A stretch of 63,997 nucleotides of DNA, filler included, from Choristocarpus tenellus KU-1152 (taxonomy: Eukaryota; Protista; Phaeophyceae): NCBI GenBank assembly GCA_964200185.2. It is 8 parts of 8 records of this genome, joined end to end, with 100 filler letters (N's around TTAATTAATTAA, not from the genome) between each part and the next. Parts side by side here need not be neighbours in the genome. Positions count along the whole stretch, not along the records: positions 48,817 to 54,123 come from CAXNAD020011206.1; positions 54,224 to 57,910 come from CAXNAD020018519.1; positions 58,011 to 61,358 come from CAXNAD020020642.1; 5 more parts are not named here. The stretch is one strand, 5' to 3'. The position numbers were made by a program, and so were the translations under genes. The first letter of the stretch is position 1, and the number at the start of each line of letters is the position of its first letter. The notes below the pieces were generated by a model. It was not told the DNA's origin, searched no databases, and saw only the letters and a program-made list of their open reading frames with translations. Shown here in pieces: positions 51,380 through 61,180 of the stretch.

Positions 51380-51738
51380 TCTCAGTCAACATACTACAAA
51401 GAATAATACTGTACTTTCCAAACTCTAGTCCTTAATTAATCGAGGATGCAGACACATCACCAATAATTAATCTAGTACATCCACATGTATGCACAGAACA
51501 TGGATATCCTTGAACAATACGTACATATGTCCATACAATTTCCACTCGCTCCGATGATATACTACCTGGAATTACACGTGTTTTCCTTTTTTTGATCGTT
51601 ATACATTGTCCCTTCTTCCTTTTCTCACCTTCTTTCTTTCCTCACCTTCTTTCTTTCCTCACCTTCTTCATTTCCTCACCTCTTGTTCCGACTCGCGTCT
51701 AACCCGTATCTCGTCCAATTCTTGGGGAGACAAGGCGA

Positions 51739-52661
51739 ATGGACGGGGTCTTGATCGGAAAAGTGAGCATATCACCACCAATGCGAAGACTACCACCACG
51801 AGCACTCCAGCGCGGACAACGTCACCACTCGCCATTACTCAATCAATTTCGACAATTCTTTGAGATCCAGTGATATGGTGTAGTGTTGTTGTTGGTGAAT
51901 AACCAGCATCAGGATACCATTAGCATACAATCTCACCGGTTTCTTAATGAATATTGGACTGTTCATGCATGGGAAACTTTCTTTTAGAGGGAGTTGATGG
52001 TCTTCAACAATCTGAATACCATTAATATTATACTATATTTAATATGTCAACTATTAAAGAGTATGCATCAACAACGTGATAAAACTAAAACCACAAAAAG
52101 AAGCGTTACAGTCGCACACACACACATTCAACATATTCTTCTCCAAACATTCTGTGTTCCTCAGAATATCGGAGACAGGTATACCCCAACATGTCGTCTC
52201 ACTTCGTACTTGTTCCAATACAATCAAATCTAGTTAGGGAAGGGTCGCTTCAAGCGATCCCTCATCATGAGGTGGATAGACACCGTCGCAAGCTACCTTC
52301 CAAGTCTTATCGTCCAGCATCTCATCGACAGGTGATCTATGCCGTTTCCAGGCCGCCTGTGGCTGTCGAATTGATTTACCAGTGATTTTCCAATCGCGTT
52401 CCAAGGATGTACGAACGAACTGACAAACAGTCATCAACACCACTCGCACAATGCAGGACCACCAGCAAAGAGCTCCCGAGAAGGCAGGAATATGAAACGG
52501 TCTGCCTTTTCGCTGATGTATCGGGGTTTACGGCTCTGTCAGAGGCGATGATGATGTCGAAGGAGAGCGGAGCTGGGGTTGAGGGCTTAGCCAAACATCT
52601 CAACTCGTATTTTGGACAGATGGTGCGCATCATCGCATCAGAGGGTGGCGACGTCTTCAAG
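51739..52661 (+). CDS. Soluble adenylyl cyclase (ADCY10/sAC-like, class III nucleotide cyclase), 5' part
   Basis: Exons 51739-51762 (tentative), 52234-52331 (VASYLPSLIVQHL) and 52457-52661 (VCLFADVSGFTALSE...GVEGLAKHLNSYFGQMVRIIASEGGDVFK, followed by a GT donor). FAD.SGFT...LN.YF...GGDV.K is the first catalytic domain of sAC-type cyclases. The expected FAGDA exon was not found in this contig. Confidence 0.85.
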
Positions 52662-54047
52662 GTGATAAAGAAATCCATACACTACCCCGTCTCTACCTCC
52701 ATACCATCCTCTTAAGATTGCCATGCTATTGTACAAGGACACTGCTGAACATATTTGTTTACAGTGTAGCTGACTTGTTCTATTGCAGCAGCTGAGAAGC
52801 GTTGTTCATCAGTTATAGGTTGCAGTGTTAGCCCTCTTGCATTTTTGCTACCTCTCAAGAAGGAAGATATCATTGATATGAACGAGATCAGGGTTGGAGG
52901 GTCCTACCCTTTAGCGTCACCTGGTTCTTGACGAAGTGGGGCGTATGTGATAAAATTACTGAAGGATGCCTCGTTTAGTGTGGTGAATTTGAATGGCTTG
53001 ATAGCACATTGCTAGCGGATATCAAATAGTGGCTACAGTGTTGGCTCTGTTACTCCTGTTGCGGCTCATACCTACTCCTCTCCCTCAGCTTAGATAAAAT
53101 AACGGGCAAGGAGTCCCTCTGACAGAAGTGGTAGTGTAGATTTCAAGAATTGGCAATATCCAGCATTGGAGGGAGAAGGTGGAGAATGAAGGGATTGGGC
53201 TGGGCGCAGTCATGCGGATACAATTGCCACTCGGTGGAGGAGACCGAGTAGGGTAATGCCATCAAGTAGTGTTGAAGTGCTGGTAACCCTCCAACCAGAG
53301 GGTTGGTTAGTGGGTTTGCCGAGACCGCTCCTAATGCTGTGCCAGAGACTCTGTCTCTAAAGCCACTGTTTCTCTCGCCCTGACTGAAATGCGCAGGTTG
53401 CTTGAGTGCTGTTGTTGGTAATATCTGTCTTTTTTTAGAGGTCTCTAAGTTAGTCCTGTCGGGTAAAAGATACGGTCTGTGTACCACAATATTTTTGGTT
53501 CTCGTCAAGGGTTCCTGCAAATGTTTGAGAGATAGTCAGAGTGTTGGGCCTGCGTCCTGTGGAATGGGACTTGTATAGGTCAACATTTCATTACATTCGG
53601 CATACGACGTGAGAGGTCTGCTTTGAGTGGCAGGCATATTTTTGCAATATTTGTTTTACCCTCGGTTGCACACAATACATCGTATATCCTTGGGAGATAA
53701 CCCTCTATTCATGCACCCTGTACCTAACAATTGTATGCGCTATGGTTAGGACCATTTGTTAACGTTCCGGTTGCTATCTGGGTTAGGGTTAGGGTTAGGG
53801 TTTGTTTTTGTGTTGTCCGTTGCAGCAATTGCACTGTTGAAGAACATGATTGCAGTGCAAGACTCGCTCTGTTTAGTTCTGGCATTCAGTTAGGGCTCAG
53901 GGTTAGGGTTAGAGCTTGGGTTAGAAGGTCTGCAAACTGATTACATACTTCGCAAACACTGCAAGCGATCTGGACTGGGCAGGAAGAAGTCGTCAACAGA
54001 TTACATCGAGTTTTCTTTTTTTTTGATAGAACCTCCTGTTGTCCCTC

Positions 54048-54086
<39 letters not shown>

Positions 54087-54571
54087 TTTTTTTTTTCTTT
54101 TTTTTTCCCTTTTCTTTGGCCTTNNNNNNNNNNNNNNNNNNNNNNNNNNNNNNNNNNNNNNNNNNNNTTAATTAATTAANNNNNNNNNNNNNNNNNNNNN
54201 NNNNNNNNNNNNNNNNNNNNNNNCCCCTCACACCACCCCCCCCCCCCAAGATACTTTGACCCGGCAAGGGCTCTAACGTTGGGGAGGGTCTAAGGTTTAC
54301 ATACAATTTCTGGATGCATGTGGTCTAAATTGAACTGCAAGCGAGATCATTCGATGAAGGCGTGCACTTCTGATTTGATTGTGATGCATAGGGATTCTGT
54401 CATAAGCCATACCTGTCAGTCGTACTCATATGACTGCCCGGTTTGATGCTCCCTAATTAACGTAATTGGTGCGGAATATCCCCATATCAAGTCTCAAGTA
54501 TTAGTGCCGTATTAAGTAGCTTGAAAAATATTTCAATTGATAAAGGGTAACAAGTAGGAACAGAAGATGAC

Positions 54572-55571
54572 CTGTAAGTGTTGGTGTCAGGGTTAGGGAT
54601 GCCAATGGCATGCCGCGCACTACGCGCCGTCTTCAATCGTTCCTGTACGACCGCTCTAATATCCCGGCAATCGGCCAGCTTATCCCCCTCGCGAACGAGA
54701 ATGCGGACCCTGTACATAGATGTAGGGTTGTACACTCCTGCGGGGTGCAGAGGGAGAAGTAGGGTACGAAATCAATTGTGGTGAATGAAACTCGCTACAC
54801 AATTAAGGGGTTGAAATGATTTCCCGTATCTGTATGCTGCAGTAGCGAAGAGGGCGTAGGGAAAGCTAGAACCTCCATGTTCAGGGTGCAAATACATGCT
54901 ACGCTCCGTTGCGACATCTTGGGGAAGGTCCAGACGCAGGCAGGTCATTACTTCTATTTTTATCCGGCTGACACTTCCCCCCGGGCACACCAACAATTGA
55001 GTCGTCTACTACAATAGTTTAGTTTGCTTCATTAGAGTTGCAATTGCCCCGATAGGAGAGGCATTGATAATGCCTAATGCGAGATAGTAGCGTTACACCT
55101 CGACAAGAAATGAATGTATTCTCCGTATCCAGGGGTGAGAGTAGGCAACAGTAACAGTCAGATACTTAACGACCCATTATACCTACCCCAAGCTATGAAT
55201 TTTCCGCTCGAATCCACCACATCCACGATATCTCCAGCTTTGGGGCTGCCCTCCACCTTTGCAACAGCTCCTCCATACACAAGCGGATTGCCTTCCCAGA
55301 AGAGTCGAGCTTTGCCCCTGGCCACAATAACAGAACCTTGGGACCCTTCTTTTCGCGCAGCGGTCCTCATCCCCTCCGTATCCATGGATGACTCAGCCCC
55401 ATACTTAATGGGGAAAGTAGTAAACCAACATTGGCCGGGGGTGAGAGACGGCATCCATGGAGCACCCATTCCACGCCTCAAGCACGGTACCACGAACCCA
55501 CTCCCACCACGGAGTATCGATAAAACGATACACATTCTAGTCGTGACTTTAAACGGCCCTCTGCGTAGCAT
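54572..55571 (-). CDS. RlmI-like (23S rRNA m5C1962) SAM methyltransferase, N-terminal PUA region, with a probable plastid-targeting leader; 3' partial
   Basis: Exons 55571-55187 and 54737-54572 give GKARLFWEGNPLVYGGAVAKVEGSPKAGDIVDVVDSSGKFIAWG|VYNPTSMYRVRIL...RL..A...R..IGIP..DTNTYR, the RlmI/YccW PUA-like N-terminus. The leader contains a short hydrophobic stretch followed by GSG-FVVP, resembling the ASAF motif. Confidence 0.82.
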
Positions 55572-55803
55572 GTTCACCCTTGCAAGTGAACAGGCAGGGA
55601 TCTGTCTATGTCAGAAGTACGTTTTCAACTTTACGCTCCACGTTCTCAATCAGCGATCATGGTGGTTAGTATCATGATGGTACCACCTTCGTTAATGTAT
55701 TTTAAAATAGTTTTTCTATTATTTAAATGATAAATCATAGGTTATCCACAAGTATCGGAGGTCTTTGGGGCGATTTACAGAGATATTGTTGGGTTAGACC
55801 TCC

Positions 55804-56316
55804 CTACGCACTCTCAGCACTTCCAAGAGCATCCCGAGCCGACTGCCGCGCCACTGGGTTACATGGAAGCCTTCTGGGTTGAGCTCTGTCAGTTCTCGCC
55901 TCAACGTCCTGGTGTTGTCCACCTTCTCGACCACGATCGACTCCAGAACGTGGTCCACACCTTCCCAAGTGTTTCAGCGAGACTCTGTGAATGCCCAACT
56001 GCGCCGACACTGCACACAGTATTGAACAGTACCTGATTGGGATAGCCTTCGTGGCGTCCCGAAGCTCGTCTAGTTGATGCTTTTGCGACCCCAGAGTTCC
56101 CCTTTCGTAGTGAGTCCAGGGTAGGATCAAGGACGCCCGGATCCTTCTGCTGTATGTAGCGCGCCCAAATCCTGCTGATACTCGTCCAGAGATGAAGAGC
56201 GTGGCATCAACTTGTCTCATGCCCCCTTTGGCCAGAACGCCATCTCCGTTGCCTGCAAGGAGATCTGCGATCACAGCCCTTCTCTCTGAATTCGTGAGTT
56301 CTTCTAGACAACCCAT
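55804..56316 (-). mobile_element. Tc1/mariner-like transposase N-terminal remnant (pseudogenised)
   Basis: LTNSERRAVIADLLAGNGDGVLAKGG...V..T...S resembles the N-terminal HTH region of plant/oomycete mariner transposases (LT..ER..I...LL....G.L..G). Apparent frameshifts follow and no DDD domain is visible. Confidence 0.55.
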
Positions 56317-59300
56317 TCCTCGTTGGGTATGTTCTAAAGGTGGTTCGAAAGCTTTTAACCGGAGCTTTCAAACCTCGAGGTCTACTTTTCCCTTCATCAC
56401 GCTAGGTTCCTGAGTACCTCACCAAACTCAAAATTCGACAAGTGTGGGAATCACCGAATCAGCTCTTGAAGATTCCAATGGGAAAAACTGCATAAAAACA
56501 TGATCTGAAGGGAGTTACAGCATAAGATGTTCATACAAACCTTACAAATGTGGGATAAGACAGATTTCGGCGGGAACGCCTTCGGTATTAATGACACGGG
56601 TGGGGGAGGCAAGAGAGCTCGAGCAAATAGGGGTGGAATGCCGATGTTGCCAAAGATCACGATGGTGTGATCTGCACCAAAAACTATTGCTATCCAAACC
56701 TCCTCATATGCTATACTTAAGTGTCTTCAGGATCTACCATAATATCCACCGTAAAGGCAACAGTTCCTGGGTGGTAGCGGGAGAAAATCTAGGATAGCTA
56801 GTGGATATTATTGTGGATGACTACTGTATGTAAGCATTCAACCATATCCCTTGGAGCAGATTCAGACGCCTGAGGCGGCTGTGGTTGTTGCTGATTCCCA
56901 TGTAGTCTGCCTTGGTGCCCCCTCCTGGAGATGTTGTTTTCATAGATCAGGCTTGCCGCAGATACATAATATTATGCACACTGCTGGTGCAAAAGGACAA
57001 ATCTAAAACATTTTGTTAGCCTAGATGTCAACAGTTAAGGTAGGGTTGGTGGGAAAATGACTTAGTCTTCACCGCCTGCCATTATGGATTTTTGCAAACA
57101 AATATATATTCAATGCACCCAGTAGGTCATTTGCTGTGGAAGCTCATTACAGCTGACTGAGTATGATATTGACAGGAGGGTAACGCATGGGAAATAACCT
57201 CGTTTGGAGAAATGCTTGTCGTAATGGTGTTTTGTGACCCTCTTCCTCGGTTCCCATGGGGTTTGTGGCGATTTCATATGGTTTGTGCTGGAGGAAGATA
57301 GGCACCAATATGGATAAACGCAGGCCAAAGGGATCGATGTCAAACACGCATACTATGAATTGTGTGATTTTGTGTTGGCGCGGTTCACTCAGGCAAGGAT
57401 GATGAAGAGAACCACCCGGCAAGGCAGACCAGACGGACTAAGACGAATCATATCCGAGAGGACGAGGTTAAGGTTGGAGAAGTACAAAACTGCAAGGATT
57501 TGCAGGAAAAAGTGGGGAACCAAAGAAGTGGGAAGGATCACAATTCGGATGGGTTTCAGAAGAGAATCCCTTCAGTGATGGGAGATCCGACTTCAGAAGT
57601 ACGTTCTCATAAAGAGAGTTAAGGGAAGACATGGTAATCTATACCTCTGAAGATCCTCCTACAGTTGAACTGAAGTTCTCAGAAAATAACCTCAATCGGT
57701 ATGACGGTATATTGATTATTATCATATTATCAATTTATTCCTTGTTTGCCATTCTCCTATTCTCCATTCCTCTCCTGGTTTCCTATTTACCCCCATTTGA
57801 TGACCAACCAGTGCGAATGCCCTTTGTCCCTGATTGCCAGCTGTTAAGAATATGCTTTTTATTCATGTGTAAAAGAAGATTCTGTAGAAGAAGCAATTTA
57901 AGAATGAAGANNNNNNNNNNNNNNNNNNNNNNNNNNNNNNNNNNNNNNNNNNNNTTAATTAATTAANNNNNNNNNNNNNNNNNNNNNNNNNNNNNNNNNN
58001 NNNNNNNNNNCCCCCCCTCCTCAGCCGGATCACACCTTGTTTCTTTCTTTTTCACAGGTTTACGTTAATTCTTTTTCTTCTTTGAAATTATCTTGTTATT
58101 AGAGTACCATCTCTAAAACATGTTCACGCCGATTTAATACACTCTTTTTTTTTTCCTCTTCATGATTACCTCATACGACAACAACATAATTTTTAATTCT
58201 CATATTTTTTTTAGTATTTTCAAAATTTTATTTTATCACTTCCCAGTCCTGCGGTAAGATTCAACCCTCAACTTTCTCTAACCCTAACCCTAACCCCTGC
58301 TGCCTCTGAATCAGCGCACCTAAAGCAAATAAGAGATAGACTACCCAGAATCAGACAGAAGAGAAATCAGTCCCGACGATAAGCCTTCATATACTGGACC
58401 ATAGATAAAATTTATCTGACCAGATAGAGTATGAGCAAGATCCCTAGCATAGAAGCAAAAAAACGTTAAACAAAAATTACAGTTACAGGGGTCGTTTTAA
58501 GAACGATATACCATCTTTAAAACCCTAACCCTAACCCTAACCCTAACCCTTGATGCCACTACTGTTACAAGTTCAAGCTTACACGTACTGCATACAAGTC
58601 CTAATGCAAGCGCACTTCCACTGTTCAGCATCAGTTTGAACAGTGTGAGGGCCAGGTTACAAGCGCACCAGATGGTTCATCAATTTCTTATTCAGTTTTT
58701 GTACACTCATCCTCGAAGCCTCCTTTATCACTACAAGAACTGATCCCATGCAAGTGCAAGGGGTTTTATAAACACGTGCGTGTTTTCCGGGAGCAAAACG
58801 CCTCCCGCTGACTGTTTGAATCGATGCTGAACAGAGGAAGTGCACTATTATTATTATAGGGCATACAAAAAACGCCATTTGAAACAGGAGTTGTACTTCG
58901 ATTTTTTTTTTAAGCAGAGTCAATGTATGGACTTTACTAGATACCTAATCTTAGAAAAGTACATGCCCTAACCCTACTAGTGTGTTAATGTCCCTGCCCT
59001 ACACCTTCATGTTAAATATAAAAGGCACCTTATAGCATTGCTCAACTAACTGTACCCATACTATACAAATGGCACAGCATAATATTAGTCAATTTACACT
59101 CCCACTGCATTCGGTGCAAACCTATCTCTCAACTACTACGAACTATTGCTGCACAGCTGAGCTCTACAACAGATGCATTTCGGGCACCTCAAAAAACACT
59201 ACTGTACTTGATTCCGCCACAACACCAACAGCCTGATCTGAGCACCAACAACCCCACCCGGTACAAAGCACACAGGAGATAACACACTACAATCAACAAA

Positions 59301-59475
59301 ACCATCCACGCCACGATTAACACCTCAACTACTGTCGTGTCAACAGCTGTCAAAAGTGACATTATCAAAGACAGTACAAATGCAACCCTATACCTACAAA
59401 CACTCCCCCCCCCTCCCCCCCACAAAAACAAACAAACGATATTGCCACTGACAAAAAAATAACACGTATCCACAC

Positions 59476-61180
59476 CTTGGTCACAACCCCCACAGTAAGT
59501 ATCCCCGCTTCCATGCAAGTCTCTGCAATCACCGGAGCCGCTCCCGTCCCCGTCCCCCCCCCCATCCCCGCCGTGATGAACGCCATGTGCGATCCAGAGA
59601 TCATCTCCAAAATCTCCTCCTTGGACTCTGTTGCTGCGTGCCTCCCTGCATCCGGATTTGCTCCGCACCCAAGTCCCTGAGTGGTTGCCCGACCCAGTTG
59701 TAGTCGGTTGTCAGTCAGTGTGGTGGAAAGGTGCTGAGCGTCAGTGTTGCACACCATGAACTCCACACCCTTGAGGTTGCGGGCTATCATGTTGTTCACT
59801 GCAAAACTCATGAGAAGAGGGATAGAGGGAGAGGGGGGGGAGGAACTGTCGTAATAAGCACTTTGGGCAGGAGTAGAAAGTTTATTCGTTTTTGATGTTG
59901 TATAATCTGGCGGGGGGTGTGAGGTAAGGAAAAATTGTCAGAGATAGAGAGGATTTTCAAGGTTTGTGGTCTGTGAGGATGCATGAAGGCGAGAGGGTAA
60001 AAGGGTAAAGAGGAATTAGAATGCAAATACCACCTTGATGAGATTATTTCAATAAATCCTAGTCGTGAAGCACAACCACCACAATATACATCATTATAAG
60101 AACATATTCGTCAAAGTGGGTATGAGATAATACAGCACGAGGTACAGTACCGTATGGTTGGGAACTCATCCTGCAGCAAAATACGCCGTGTAAGGTCCAT
60201 ATTCATTTTTAAGGTTCCCATCCTTCATGGCATACTATAAAACTTGGTAGTACTTGCTGCCCATTATATGCAGGCAAACGAGTCTTCCTGGTCACAAATG
60301 GAAGCTCACCAGCATTGCCACCTGCACCGCCACACCCGATCACAGTGATACGTGGAGCGAACTCAAGGAAATGTCCTTGGTGTGGGCGATGGGCAGGCTG
60401 CTCAATTTTTTGCTCATCGAAAAATCGTGACTCGCGCTCCACTGTCCTTGTTTGGGTGTAAAAAACGAGCCATAGACGAACAAAGGGTTGTGTGAGGGCA
60501 TTTTGGGTTGGAAGCAATGTGGGAGGAGTGGAGGAATGCTCTGAGTGTAAGTTAGGACCCACCAGTTTCGACCTAGTAAGGGCTTCCTCAAATTATTGAT
60601 AATGGAAAATTGCATGCATGGAAGAAGCAGTCGACACTCAAATCTCGACAGCTTATCGTACCAGCTGCAGGGGTTGAGGGTGCCACTTCTGGAGAGGACA
60701 CGGTGGCGGAGACACCTACGGCATCCTCGACTGCCACTTTAGGGTCTTCATCTGGCTCACGCGACTGGATCTTTTGAGACTTAGCCTTAGATGACAGAGC
60801 CGACGCTTCAGATGCAGGGCTCCTAAAACTAGCTCCACCTGAAGCCTTGACGGACTTTTGAACAGCCTATCAGAGGTTCAAGTACGACAGGAGGCCGAAA
60901 TTCAATTCCAATGAATAGACGCAGCACGTCCACATAAGCCGGACATGCCCTCCCCGTAAGAGTTTCTAGCTGCTTACACGATCAACATATGATCACCATC
61001 ATTAGCAGTGACAGAGAGGATTTGATCTCTTACCTTGCGCAATGATGCCCCTTCCGAGGTAGTAGAGAGCGCCCGAGTCGAAAGGGTTAAGTATCTTTGA
61101 AGGTAGATTGCAGTCTTGGATCCAACAATCCTTTTGCTTCTTCCGGTCGCTCGCTGCGCAACCGTTGCGAGCGCACTCAT
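59476..61180 (-). CDS. ftsZ: FtsZ, probably mitochondrial (alphaproteobacterial-type); 5' part, 4 exons
   Basis: Exons 61180-61034, 60866-60662, 60441-60310, 59798-59476, with phases matching. PRITVIGCGGAGGNA|VNNMI...NTDAQHL...TQGLGCGANPDAGR.AA.ES...FITAGMGGGTGTGAAPVIA...LTVGVVTK is the tubulin/FtsZ signature. The N-terminus is R/S/T/A-rich and acid-poor, like a mitochondrial presequence. Confidence 0.95.

Noticed and set aside
54572-61180. FtsZ and RlmI as bacterial contamination or recent HGT
   Set aside because: Both have phase-consistent spliceosomal introns and organelle-targeting-like leaders, as expected for nuclear genes serving organelles.
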